Virus record (IMG/VR): IMGVR_UViG_3300044929_000080
Length of the DNA: 64,000 bases
Direction: 5' to 3' (one strand)
DNA from: a virus
Lineage: Duplodnaviria; Heunggongvirae; Uroviricota; Caudoviricetes
The position numbers and the translations under genes were made by a program. The notes below the pieces were generated by a model. The model made no database searches. It saw nothing but the letters and a program-made list of their open reading frames with translations, and was not told the origin of the DNA. Position 1 is the first letter of the stretch, and each line of letters starts with the position of its first letter. Positions 38,334 through 48,346 of this stretch are shown piece by piece.

Positions 38334-40229
38334 CTAACCACCCGTCTTCCAACGCGACCGCTCTTCGAAGATTACCTCAATCATCCTATCGAGTTCCTCG
38401 CTTGTCAGGCCGTCAGTAATGCCCTTGAGACGCTGACGTTCCTTATCCATTCTGTAGCGCTTCATCACTTCACTATTTTCGTTATCCACGATGCTCTGAA
38501 CGCCTTCTTCAGCGATGTTCACACGAAGGTTCTTGAACTTCGTCACGAATACGACGCCAGGATCAATATTCTCGACTTCCATGCGAACTGGATCACCAAC
38601 CTTGGTCACCACAATATCGCCGATCTTTTCTTCGGTGATCTCGAAGATTTTGTTCGGAACCGAGTCAACGGAGACGTAGAAGCTAGTCTTACCGTTCTGG
38701 ACATATGGCATGTGCGTTACGACGAGACCTTCAATAGCATCGTTCACACTTCCATGATTAGCTTCAAAAGCGCTGTCCCGTGAGGAACGCTGCCGAGCAC
38801 GGCTATATTCGGTTACTGCTGCTTGTACTGACGATCCGATGCCGACAATGTTGCGATTATCCTGAGCGACAATTGCAAATCCTTTACGAACGCCACTGCC
38901 ATCCAGAACAATCGAGAAATAGGCCTCGTTACCATTGATCGAGATCAGGATAGGCTCTGCCGCTTCATAGCCGCGATAGTTCGAATATGCCTGCGTGAGG
39001 ACTTCTCGTGCGGTTTCCTCGGTAATACCAGCACGTGGGTAAAACGTAATCTGTCCAGTCCTTGCGTCAGCGATATAAACACCGGACGAGGCACCTTCAG
39101 ATTTGGCGTTCTGGAATTGAGTTCCAGAATAATAGACGATCTTGCCTCGTGGGTCGATTGTAACCGAGATGCCTTTGGTGCTCTGGATTACATTATTGCC
39201 TGAGATCGCGCATGCCCACCAACCTTGAGAATAGCAACCCCAATCGTCAAATCGTTCTGCAATTTTGTCCTGCGGATAGACACGGTCGATCCATTCGGGA
39301 ACATCTTCAGCCTTGGCATATTCCTTGAGATCGCCTGTTGTAGCGTTAATGACAACCCACTTCACGGGCTGATAGGCCGAAAAACCAACAGTAGGATACA
39401 TAAGTGCAACGATCCAATGAGGTACGCCCTGTGGATCGATCTGGAAGATAGGTTCATCATAGCGATAGTTGATGTAGCCTGCCGAGTAGACGCGACGGAT
39501 GACAGAGTCGTTGAAATAAGCCCCCTCACCGATCTTAATCGGATGGTTCTGAACGAATTTAGCATCAAGTTCATTTGCCTGAGAAACCATCATGTAGCCA
39601 GGTGTTGTGCCAAAATTCATATAGCGGAAAAAACTGGAGTGTTCCAAAGGTGCAACCCAGAAGAACTTTCCATTGATTTCATTACCCCACATGTCGCCAA
39701 TAGTGACACGCGAACCGACACCCTGCTCATCAGAACTGGAAATTAATTCAGCTGCACGCTTGCGAGCCATCGCAGAGGTCACGAGCCGAACCTGAGATTG
39801 ATCTGTTAACGGCATTGCAACGTCACGGCTCGCGACAATCGGTTTCGCGATATTTGCATATTGTTCAGCATTCAGCATGCCACTGGTCGAAATAAACGCG
39901 ACAATTAGAAATCCAATAAGCACAATTACGTAGGTAACAATTGCCAAACCTAACGTTTCAGCTTCTCTACGAGCGAATGGAACTGAAACAAAAAACGAAA
40001 TTGCCCACAGGACCAATACGGTAAAAACCGTTTCAACCAACCAAGGATCAAGAGGTAACATAAATACGTAAGATGCTACCCATCCGAGAATAGCGCCAAG
40101 GATGCCCAACCCAATCGAAATTCGTCCAATAGTGAAAATACCATTGAACAAAAAAAGAAAGGCAGAAACTGCAGCCCACACCCCATAACTAAACATGCCT
40201 GCAACTCCAATCATAATTAAATCGCTCAT
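38334..40229 (-). CDS. large membrane protein: N-terminal 4-5 TM helices + ~480-aa extracytoplasmic/soluble domain
   Basis: Hydrophobic segments in first 130 aa; no recognisable catalytic motif. Confidence 0.6.
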   Translation of the reverse strand: MSDLIMIGVAGMFSYGVWAAVSAFLFLFNGIFTIGRISIGLGILGAILGWVASYVFMLPLDPWLVETVFTVLVLWAISFFVSVPFARREAETLGLAIVTYVIVLIGFLIVAFISTSGMLNAEQYANIAKPIVASRDVAMPLTDQSQVRLVTSAMARKRAAELISSSDEQGVGSRVTIGDMWGNEINGKFFWVAPLEHSSFFRYMNFGTTPGYMMVSQANELDAKFVQNHPIKIGEGAYFNDSVIRRVYSAGYINYRYDEPIFQIDPQGVPHWIVALMYPTVGFSAYQPVKWVVINATTGDLKEYAKAEDVPEWIDRVYPQDKIAERFDDWGCYSQGWWACAISGNNVIQSTKGISVTIDPRGKIVYYSGTQFQNAKSEGASSGVYIADARTGQITFYPRAGITEETAREVLTQAYSNYRGYEAAEPILISINGNEAYFSIVLDGSGVRKGFAIVAQDNRNIVGIGSSVQAAVTEYSRARQRSSRDSAFEANHGSVNDAIEGLVVTHMPYVQNGKTSFYVSVDSVPNKIFEITEEKIGDIVVTKVGDPVRMEVENIDPGVVFVTKFKNLRVNIAEEGVQSIVDNENSEVMKRYRMDKERQRLKGITDGLTSEELDRMIEVIFEERSRWKTGG

Positions 40230-40296
40230 TTAATTCCTGTTATAGAATTATAAATATTTTTGTCAATAAATCCCCTTTAAATAAGAATAAATAAAC

Positions 40297-40327
40297 AAAT
40301 TTGTCGTTGCATAATTGAGCTTGCGAT
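40297..40327 (+). promoter_or_regulatory. putative sigma70-type promoter for 40346..41949 operon
   Basis: TTGCAT -35-like and TATATAAT -10-like separated by ~17-19 nt, about 20 nt upstream of RBS/ATG. Confidence 0.35.
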
Positions 40328-40345
40328 GTTATATAATCCCCATAA

Positions 40346-41017
40346 ATGGAGAAAATCATGTCTAGCGAAAAAGATTGGAACAAAATTGATTTTATCAATT
40401 GGATGAACCGCAATGGTCTCACCCATGATGATGTTGCTTGTGTATTCAATCAGCACCCGCTGACGAATGATCTTACTGCATCCAATGTTCGCGATATTCT
40501 CGACGGCACGGCTCCTCTATGGGAAGAGTACGAAGCAAGCGCACGACGCTTTGAAGCTGAACGACTTGTATCAGATGACGTCGACATGACCGCAGCGATT
40601 GCTGAACTATCCGATAAATGTCAGACGGTTCCGCAGGGCGTTATTACTGGCATTACCGCAGGCTCGCTGCGGGGTTGGACATCTGCGAACACAATCGTTT
40701 ACTTCGTTGCTACCAAGTCGGAGAACGTCGCCAAGGATTACCCTTCGAATATCATTCCAATCGCTTGTGACAACATCATGGATCGTGTTGAAGTCCGCCA
40801 GGACAGCGATGGTAATTGGTATCGTCTTGCTGATCCTGTGCGTATGGTCATCGATGCTATTCGTTACGATGTTGAACAAGATCGTTTTTCGGTAGAAGAA
40901 CTCTTCCGAGAAGCCATTGCAGAAGGCGTAAGACGAGATGAACTATGTGAGTTTGCGAAGCGTCAAGGCGATGTAGCAGTTACAAAACTCAATTACTACT
41001 TCACACTTCTCGACTGA
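40346..41017 (+). CDS. hypothetical protein, possible partner/antitoxin of downstream nucleotidyltransferase
   Basis: Co-directional, 68-nt spacing to AbiEii-like gene; no motif recognised. Confidence 0.45.
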   Translation: MEKIMSSEKDWNKIDFINWMNRNGLTHDDVACVFNQHPLTNDLTASNVRDILDGTAPLWEEYEASARRFEAERLVSDDVDMTAAIAELSDKCQTVPQGVITGITAGSLRGWTSANTIVYFVATKSENVAKDYPSNIIPIACDNIMDRVEVRQDSDGNWYRLADPVRMVIDAIRYDVEQDRFSVEELFREAIAEGVRRDELCEFAKRQGDVAVTKLNYYFTLLD

Positions 41018-41085
41018 TCCAGTTTGTCAAATGCTGAAGTTGAAGTCATCGTATTGGTGACTTCGGCTTCAGAGAGAAAAAGAAT

Positions 41086-41949
41086 ATGCAAACAGGCGAC
41101 CAAATCGCAGAATCCATTAGACAACGCGCCAAGAATACAGGGATCGATCCACTCGAATCCATGCGCAGATTTGTCATGGAGCGCTTTATTGTTCGCTTAA
41201 ACCTCGCAGACAAGACGGACAAAGTCGTTCTGAAAGGCGGAATGGCATGGTGGCTTCAGCCAGAGCTGGTTGAACACGCTCGATCAACGTTCGATATAGA
41301 CATACACTTACATGTTCCAGAAAAACACGAAGACGTTGTAGCCCTGTTTAAAAAGGCACAGTCTATCGACTGCGAAGACGGGTGTCGCTTCGAGTTCAAG
41401 AAAATTCGCAAACTGGAACATTCCGGTGATCATGAAGGCTTACGCGTCATGGTTCGCGCTTTTATTGGAACGAAATTCGTGGACTTCCACAGCGACATTG
41501 GATTTGGAGGCACAAAGCCCTCTACTTTAAAAACTGTCAATTTCAAATCAATGCATCCTCGCGTATCAGGAGGAAGCATAATGATTACTCCTCCAGAATT
41601 TGTAGTTTCCGAAAAAATTTCAGCGATAATTAAGAACGGAACAAGCAACACTCGTATCAAAGATTATAACGATCTTTTTGTTCTTTCTAATATTCACATA
41701 GACGCAGCGGATTTGGTCTACGCCATTAATACAACATTTTCAGATCGTAAACAGGAACTTCCCTACTCAATTGACGAAATCGCTGGGCTGTCTCAACAAT
41801 ATGCTGATGCCAATCAAGCAGCTTGGGAAAAATGGCTTATCCAGTCCAACAGGACAGCAAGAATGCCTGGTGATTTCTCTCAAGTCGTAAATAGAGTAGG
41901 GTCTTTTACAGAAGAAATAATGGCTTATAAAAACACTTGGCGTCCATAG
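41086..41949 (+). CDS. nucleotidyltransferase of AbiEii/AbiGii (DUF1814) toxin family
   Basis: Pol-beta-type motif VVLKGGMAWW...RSTFDIDIHL (GG...DxD); size ~287 aa typical of AbiEii. Confidence 0.55.
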   Translation: MQTGDQIAESIRQRAKNTGIDPLESMRRFVMERFIVRLNLADKTDKVVLKGGMAWWLQPELVEHARSTFDIDIHLHVPEKHEDVVALFKKAQSIDCEDGCRFEFKKIRKLEHSGDHEGLRVMVRAFIGTKFVDFHSDIGFGGTKPSTLKTVNFKSMHPRVSGGSIMITPPEFVVSEKISAIIKNGTSNTRIKDYNDLFVLSNIHIDAADLVYAINTTFSDRKQELPYSIDEIAGLSQQYADANQAAWEKWLIQSNRTARMPGDFSQVVNRVGSFTEEIMAYKNTWRP

Positions 41950-41954
41950 CCCAT

Positions 41955-42641
41955 TTAACTCCACCAGTAAGCAATTACAGGGCGAAGTTTATTAATCCCA
42001 GCGTCATCCATAATTCCGAGCTTTTTTAAATACCATCGGATCTCACTAGGGATTTGCGGCACAACCTTTACGGTTTCCGCCCACCGTTTTTCCTGTTCTG
42101 AAATAGGAAACCTGTAATCATCCATGCGTACAGGCTTTCCGTCTGGCTCCATGATAAAGTAACTCCAAAGTCCAAAACCGTCATTAAGATAACTAATCCG
42201 ATCCTTGGATTGCCAGATGCTCCCATTATTTTCCGGACGATGAGCCTCGATCATCTGATCAAGATAATCCGACCGCCTGCACCATTCTTTTCTATACGAG
42301 AGGTTTGGGAAGAAAATAACATCGCGCGGGTCGTCGTCATTCGGGCCGAATACGAGCTGATAAAGGTCTTCCGCTGGACCAATGTCCGCTGGGCGACGAT
42401 TTCCTTCTGTGTAAGTCCTGGATAGGAGCTGCAATTCTCCAATCGACGGAATAGGGTCTTTGCTATAAAAAATTTTTTTGTAGAAATCCAACTCAACGGT
42501 CAGGAATTCAGAAGTAGCGTTGTCGAAAATATCCCTGAAGACATCTAATGTATCATGCGCTTCGCAATCGAGAATTACCTCGTTTTCGAAATCATGCCAC
42601 GGCATGCCATATCCTATTGCATTGTGAAAAGCATTACTCAT
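41955..42641 (-). CDS. hypothetical protein (228 aa)
   Basis: Long ORF convergent with the AbiEii-like gene. Confidence 0.5.
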   Translation of the reverse strand: MSNAFHNAIGYGMPWHDFENEVILDCEAHDTLDVFRDIFDNATSEFLTVELDFYKKIFYSKDPIPSIGELQLLSRTYTEGNRRPADIGPAEDLYQLVFGPNDDDPRDVIFFPNLSYRKEWCRRSDYLDQMIEAHRPENNGSIWQSKDRISYLNDGFGLWSYFIMEPDGKPVRMDDYRFPISEQEKRWAETVKVVPQIPSEIRWYLKKLGIMDDAGINKLRPVIAYWWS

Positions 42642-42755
42642 TTAAATCTCCAGTTATATTTTTATTATCAAAATTTACACTACAAACTCAAGTCTAATAA
42701 TCGCTGCTGTTTATTTAATTGAATCCCAGCTTTAAATAAGGCATAAAATAGCATT

Positions 42756-43031
42756 ATGGAGGCCACAATGTCATTTTTTTCAACATTTTCTATTTGTTGT
42801 AACAGAGGGAATTTCCACGATTCCCATATTACGGTGTTTTTGAATTCAGATGATCATACTAATGAAGCAATCCGTGTTTTTATTGACACGGTTATTGGTA
42901 AGAGAAATGACATAAACTCGATTATGGCAGAATTGCTTTCGTCTAAAGCAGAAGGTTCTAACGAATTTCTGTTTTCTCTCGGATCAAACGCAAACAAAGA
43001 CGTCGGTCTAGGCGAGCTACGAGCTGACTAA
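42756..43031 (+). CDS. small hypothetical protein (91 aa)
   Basis: ORF 2 nt upstream of DUF4031-like gene. Confidence 0.3.
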   Translation: MEATMSFFSTFSICCNRGNFHDSHITVFLNSDDHTNEAIRVFIDTVIGKRNDINSIMAELLSSKAEGSNEFLFSLGSNANKDVGLGELRAD

Positions 43032-43033
43032 AA

Positions 43034-43312
43034 ATGGCCGTGTACGTCGACAAGACCAGAACACCATACCGCAACATGATCATGTGCCACATGTTGGCTG
43101 ATACACCTCATGAATTGCATGATATGGCATTGAAGATCGGTATGAAACTGTCTTGGTTCCAACCATTGTCGTCACCGCATTATGATGTCTGTCTTATGCG
43201 CAGAAAACGTGCAATTAATCTAGGGGCAGTAGAGATCGACCGAAGGAAGACAGTCGAACTCATTCGAAAAATAAGAGAAAACTCCGATATTGATTGGCGT
43301 CCGCATACTTAA
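43034..43312 (+). CDS. DUF4031-like small protein
   Basis: MAVYVD...MCHMLADTPHELHDMALKIGMKLSWFQ...HYDVCLMRRKRAINLGAVEI resembles DUF4031 signature (from memory). Confidence 0.45.
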   Translation: MAVYVDKTRTPYRNMIMCHMLADTPHELHDMALKIGMKLSWFQPLSSPHYDVCLMRRKRAINLGAVEIDRRKTVELIRKIRENSDIDWRPHT

Positions 43313-43340
43313 AGGGCGAACAAACAAAACCCGGATTTGC

Positions 43341-44381
43341 TCACATCGATGGCGCAGATGACAGCGCGGTTTCGTTCGCGACCAACATGTCGAGATCCGC
43401 GAGCATCTGCGGGTAATAGTCCCTGCCCGCTATTTCAATGCCGACGTTATCACGTTGCAAATTCTCAATTGCATCCATTATGCTATCTTTCGCAGCAATA
43501 AGCCTCCCAAAGTCTCTTGCGGGCATACGCGCCATATTAATCGCAGCGTGATTAAGTGTTTCACTTTTAAATGTCTCAGGAATGCCGGGTACATATATAG
43601 GACGTCCCTGTAAAAGTGCATATCTCACCGCGTGCATTGAACCACTTTCCATATCCCCTTGCATAAAGAATGTTGCAGCGGAAACGCCAGTCTGAATGCG
43701 GTTCCTGCGTATTAGTGAAGACGGGTCATGTTCTTTACCCAACGACTGCTCGGTTATCACGACGCCACCGCTTTGAACTATGCGCTCTACAAGGGAAAAC
43801 GCGGAGTCAGATGAATACACATCAATGCCAGAGCCAATGATCGCGGCTGTAGGTGATTTAACGTCGAGAGCAATGTTATGAGCAATGGAATCTACACCAC
43901 GCGCAAGACCTGAAACGATAGTCCAGCCGTCCTCTGCTAAAGTAGCGGTAACTCGCCGAGAGACGGCCGCACCGAACTCCGTAGGACTGCGTGTACCTAT
44001 ACAGGCCACAGAACGATCCAGTAGGTTCATATCACCACTGGTGTAAATCACGAGAGGTGCGTCGGGTGATGATGCAAGGCGCTTAGGATAACCGTCGTCA
44101 TATATGCTGAATATGACTGCGCCCATTTCACGGGCATCAAATAATTCGCCTTCCGCGTTGTCTATTGCCTGAAGAACGGCATCCCGTCCTTCTAAAAGAA
44201 TTCGTCGAACGGGTGCTGTGGCTACACCCTTCAGGATTTCTTCAGTCGAATTAACAACGTCACCCAAGGTTTCGAATTTATCGAGAATTTTGTTCATCGT
44301 TGTCGGGCCAAGGCCTTTAATACCCAGTAGCGTCTTAATGCCCAACGCAGATTTAAGCTGTATGTCATCCATACCCAACAT
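43341..44381 (-). CDS. dprA: DNA processing protein A (DprA/Smf family)
   Basis: Rossmann-like core GLARGVDSIAHNIAL...TAAIIGSGIDVYSSDS; N-terminal HhH-like region. Confidence 0.8.
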   Translation of the reverse strand: MLGMDDIQLKSALGIKTLLGIKGLGPTTMNKILDKFETLGDVVNSTEEILKGVATAPVRRILLEGRDAVLQAIDNAEGELFDAREMGAVIFSIYDDGYPKRLASSPDAPLVIYTSGDMNLLDRSVACIGTRSPTEFGAAVSRRVTATLAEDGWTIVSGLARGVDSIAHNIALDVKSPTAAIIGSGIDVYSSDSAFSLVERIVQSGGVVITEQSLGKEHDPSSLIRRNRIQTGVSAATFFMQGDMESGSMHAVRYALLQGRPIYVPGIPETFKSETLNHAAINMARMPARDFGRLIAAKDSIMDAIENLQRDNVGIEIAGRDYYPQMLADLDMLVANETALSSAPSM

Positions 44382-44480
44382 CCCATAGAATCATTTAACT
44401 AAAGATAACGTCCAATGATGCATGTTCATAACATTAAATCGAAATTCGTTTTGCAACATCAAGTGACACTGACTAGCGCT

Positions 44481-44512
44481 AAAAGAAAAACGGGCAGAAT
44501 ATTTCTACCCGC
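44481..44512 (-). terminator. rho-independent terminator after small membrane protein gene
   Basis: On minus strand: GCGGGTAG-AAATATT-CTGCCCG hairpin followed by TTTTTCTTTT. Confidence 0.5.
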
Positions 44513-44534
44513 TGAGCATGTTTAGGATTGATAT

Positions 44535-44876
44535 TTATCGAGCAGGTTTATTTTCTGAAAGTCTCAAAACACCTTTTATCAATCTATATATAAACCAAAC
44601 TCCCGTAAAAATAAGTATGAAAAAACCCACTATGAAGAATGCTGTAACAGCTCCTATAAAAGACCAAAGAATAGTCCACCAAGCTGTAGAGATAAGGTAA
44701 TTAAAGTGGGAGTTATAAATTGTGCCTTCGGAATCATTCCGTTTCACATAGGCTACTATCATGCCGATTATGAAACCAAGCCCTCCTGTAAATATACTAA
44801 TAATAAATGCAATATACGTAATCCAAGCCACTGTTTTAAGGCTGTCGGATTGTTCAATATTTTGCCCGCTATTCAT
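44535..44876 (-). CDS. small polytopic membrane protein (approx 113 aa)
   Basis: Three hydrophobic helices; GGAG 9 nt upstream of internal ATG (MNSGQN...); track ORF extends to 44915. Confidence 0.45.
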   Translation of the reverse strand: MNSGQNIEQSDSLKTVAWITYIAFIISIFTGGLGFIIGMIVAYVKRNDSEGTIYNSHFNYLISTAWWTILWSFIGAVTAFFIVGFFILIFTGVWFIYRLIKGVLRLSENKPAR

Positions 44877-44963
44877 TTGAAACTCCATTATGTATCGGCA
44901 ATTATATTTATTCACTTCTTTAATCTGGCGGCAATGATTATTTATTGATATTTATTTTTTATC

Positions 44964-45794
44964 GTGTATTTTGCCCGCAAAAGGAACCGACAAATGACTG
45001 CACCAATTGCAAATATGGAAAAGTACAACAAGGAAATGGTGAAATCGCTGGTCGACAAGATCGCTTTCATCGACAAGGTTGACGCCGAAGTTTTTGTCGA
45101 TTTTGGCTGCGCAGACGGCACCCTTCTTGGCTTCATCAAGAAGCTTTTCCCACAATACACTTTGATCGGTTACGACAACGATTCAGAAATGATCGAACGG
45201 GCGAAGACAAATCCTGAGAATGAAGGAATTGTCTTTACGACGGACTGGGCTGAGATCGAAGCCATCGTTAGTTCAGAGAAAAAACGCGGGCATCATGCCT
45301 GTGTTGTCCTGTCGTCCGTTATACATGAACTCCGCAGCTATCTTTCGGAACAGGAGATGGCTGACGTATGGAGCAAAATCTGGAGCGCTGGAACAAAGGA
45401 GAAGTTGTTCAGCTATGTCGCTATCCGAGATATGATGGTCAGCCGGACTACCAGCCGCGCTGCAGACCCGATGCAGGTTGCCCGTATTCGCCAGCTATTC
45501 GACAAAGACAAGCTAAACCAATGGGAAGCAATTTGGGGTTCTATCAACGAAAATTGGAGCCTGACGCATTTCCTGTTAACGTATCGCTACACCCATTCTT
45601 GGGAACGTGAGGCTCGGGAAAACTATCTCCCTGTGAACTACGAAGATTTTATGGCGAGCATTCCAATTGATTATTTTCCGATTTTCATGGAACACTACAC
45701 GCTTCCATTCCTGAGACGTTGTGTGCAAAAGGATTTTGGTTTTGATCTGTCGGATCGCACTCACTTGAAGCTGGTTCTCGAACTTCGCAAATAA
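44964..45794 (+). CDS. class I SAM-dependent methyltransferase
   Basis: Motif I VFVDFGCADGTLLGF; motif II-like TLIGYDND. Confidence 0.65.
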   Translation: MYFARKRNRQMTAPIANMEKYNKEMVKSLVDKIAFIDKVDAEVFVDFGCADGTLLGFIKKLFPQYTLIGYDNDSEMIERAKTNPENEGIVFTTDWAEIEAIVSSEKKRGHHACVVLSSVIHELRSYLSEQEMADVWSKIWSAGTKEKLFSYVAIRDMMVSRTTSRAADPMQVARIRQLFDKDKLNQWEAIWGSINENWSLTHFLLTYRYTHSWEREARENYLPVNYEDFMASIPIDYFPIFMEHYTLPFLRRCVQKDFGFDLSDRTHLKLVLELRK

Positions 45795-46791
45795 CATAGA
45801 TTACACCAGCCAAGCCACGATATAAAAAAAGGCAGCCTTTATACCAGCCCCTAACCGAAATGTTGAAGAACTGCTGTGTTCTGCATTATCTATTAAGCGG
45901 CTACTACCGTGACCTTACGATACCGAGATACCGAGATGCCGACTGTGACATCTCAGGTCACATCCTGCGCGCGACTAACGCGTTCTCTGCTGGAACATAC
46001 CTGTCAAGAAGCCACTCGACCCACGGGTAGGTACGGCTCCGTCCTTGACACTATATGCAAGCTTCTCATGCTTTTTGGCGTCCGCCAGTTCTTGGAAAAC
46101 CGTATCGACCCTTTCCGAACCTGTCGGCAGGACGCTTGGTGGGACAAATTCGTCAATGATTCACTGAACCCAGTCTGAGGGGACTGGATGGCCAACTCCG
46201 AGGTGCTGGTCAATTTTTGCGAGTTTTCCTTCTCTGCTCAGATCCGCAAAGCCAGTTCTCATCGTTGACACCCTTTCTTCCAGTGTCGTTCTGAGCATAT
46301 CTTAAGCTGCAGAATGTTAGGTCAAAGACCTAATTTATCGGCCTGCCATGTTGGTTTCCACATATTAGTTAAGGCTGGACCCTTTAGAGATACGCTTTTG
46401 CATAGGTGTTTAGACTCTCAAGGTGCTACGGTGACTGCCGTAGGCTCGCGTCAACAATGTTCCACCACCAAGAGAGTAATTAATATAAAAATCATTGGGC
46501 GTATGGCATCAAGGGGAGAATAAATGATAGTTAATTATCGGAGCATACTGAATGGGGAAATTCTCGGTTCAAGTATCAAATTTACGCCTGTATACCTTTA
46601 GACTGATCAATACACTTAGCTCTCCAACTATTATCCCGAAAAATGACACCATGAGATTCGAAGGCCCTGGATTAATTCGAAAAAATAATAATTAATAATC
46701 ACAAATAAGCATTATCAACAAGCGATTTATATATTTATCTATTGCTATTTATTTATAATTTGTTTATTGAGGCAACATCAAAAGGAAAATA

Positions 46792-46983
46792 ATGATGTCC
46801 AATAAATCACAGAGACTTACCACAGCGACTGCTTATTTAATTCGAGCAATGTTCTTGTCTGTAATGGTAGCTTCACCTGTTCTTCCTTTTGCAGCAACCC
46901 AAGCCTTCGGGCTCATAGGATTGGATAACTCAGCTAAAAGTGCAGGCGCTGGTTTGGTTCTCTGGATGAGCTTGCAACGCTAA
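46792..46983 (+). CDS. small hydrophobic protein (63 aa)
   Basis: AAGGA RBS 7 nt upstream of ATGATG; hydrophobic stretch AMFLSVMVASPVLPFAA. Confidence 0.3.
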   Translation: MMSNKSQRLTTATAYLIRAMFLSVMVASPVLPFAATQAFGLIGLDNSAKSAGAGLVLWMSLQR

Positions 46984-46993
46984 ACAGCTTGCC

Positions 46994-47653
46994 TTGTGTC
47001 GGGACAACATTTATCAAGGGCTTCCAGAACGTGTTTCGGAGGCCCTTTTGCACGTAGGTGAAATGTATATCTGTGATGTGTTGCAACCCAAACTATTTAA
47101 TGCGCTAGAGATTGTTGCTCTTCATATGCATGATCTTTTCAATAGGGACGGAAGGTTTATTCATGACATATCGAAGCAAAGCTGTGTTTTGTGTTCGCTG
47201 ACCGTTCGTGATTTTCTCTTTTTAAATGGTTTCCGGGATGTTGAAGTTCGACCCGTATTTGTCGCGATACGCGCCATTGAAAATAACGCAGAGCTCTATT
47301 CACTTGGCATTGGCAACCTTAATTTAAAGGCGGCACCCGACCCAAAACGATGGCATGGACACATGGTCGTGTATCTGCCTTCTGATGGGATCATAATAGA
47401 CACCACTCTTTATCAAGCTAAGAGGTCCTATTGGAGCAAGCTGCCATCCATGATGGTCACTCAGTTTGACGACAGCCATGAACAATGGAATTTGCGATCA
47501 ATAGCTTCTGTTATGGCTGAACAGGAGCAAAAATCTCTCATCATTCAATGGTTTGACCAGCCTATGAATAAAAATTGGAAGGACGGACCTGATACCTCAA
47601 AGCGGAGACGTGAACCTATCGTGAAAGCCATGGCAAACCTGTTTAAAAATTGA
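46994..47653 (+). CDS. hypothetical protein (219 aa)
   Basis: Long ORF, no motif. Confidence 0.45.
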   Translation: MCRDNIYQGLPERVSEALLHVGEMYICDVLQPKLFNALEIVALHMHDLFNRDGRFIHDISKQSCVLCSLTVRDFLFLNGFRDVEVRPVFVAIRAIENNAELYSLGIGNLNLKAAPDPKRWHGHMVVYLPSDGIIIDTTLYQAKRSYWSKLPSMMVTQFDDSHEQWNLRSIASVMAEQEQKSLIIQWFDQPMNKNWKDGPDTSKRRREPIVKAMANLFKN

Positions 47654-47722
47654 TATTTGTCATAAGCTCAGTATTCAACCAATCTGTATCCAGTGATGTA
47701 ACAATGAGATACGGAGAACGAA

Positions 47723-48346
47723 ATGGGTTGGGTTTTTGGAGCTAAACCAAACAATATTGGTGAATGGTTGCACAAGATTTATAGTCGGGAAACGAACGAC
47801 ACGAAACAGATCTGTCTTGACTACGCTATGGTCAACATGTCTGAGATTTATATCGCTGTTGAACAAACCGACAAGTATGGGATCAAAACCATAACCGCCG
47901 AAATCATGAGCATTAAGTTTGCAAACGAACGGGAAGACGGCTTCGTCTATCCACAAATGGGTTACAACGTATATGGAGAACAATGCGGAGTTCACCAGAC
48001 CAGCTGTCCCAAGCGAATTTTGGATGTCCTAACACCCACTGACGACATAACATCGAATGAGTGGCGTGATAAGTGTCGCAAAAGACTGGAACACAGAGCC
48101 TCCGTATCCAAACTTCAAGACGGTGACTACATACAATTCTCCGAGAAGATACAATTCAATAACGGAGAGCAACGCGACACGTTTAAAATTAAAAGCTTCA
48201 ACAAAAAGAAAATTCTTGTAGCCGTTTCTAACGATACAGGTGAAACACTTTTTCGTGCCCAAATAAAAAACTGGCGAGATATCGCCTTCAAGAAACTTGA
48301 AGAAGACGATCTCCCTTGGAAAGCAGTCAACAGGATGCGACCATGA
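47723..48346 (+). CDS. hypothetical protein (207 aa)
   Basis: Long ORF, no motif. Confidence 0.45.
   Translation: MGWVFGAKPNNIGEWLHKIYSRETNDTKQICLDYAMVNMSEIYIAVEQTDKYGIKTITAEIMSIKFANEREDGFVYPQMGYNVYGEQCGVHQTSCPKRILDVLTPTDDITSNEWRDKCRKRLEHRASVSKLQDGDYIQFSEKIQFNNGEQRDTFKIKSFNKKKILVAVSNDTGETLFRAQIKNWRDIAFKKLEEDDLPWKAVNRMRP

Noticed and set aside
45909-46213. ORFs 45909..46178 (+) and 46004..46213 (-) in the GC-richer non-coding island
   Set aside because: Mutually overlapping on opposite strands, no RBS, no motif. Treated as non-coding (possible gene remnant) rather than genes.
46560-46600. tRNA-like GGTTCAAGT T-loop-like string in the non-coding island
   Set aside because: No complementary T-stem, acceptor stem or anticodon arm could be formed around it; likely chance match.
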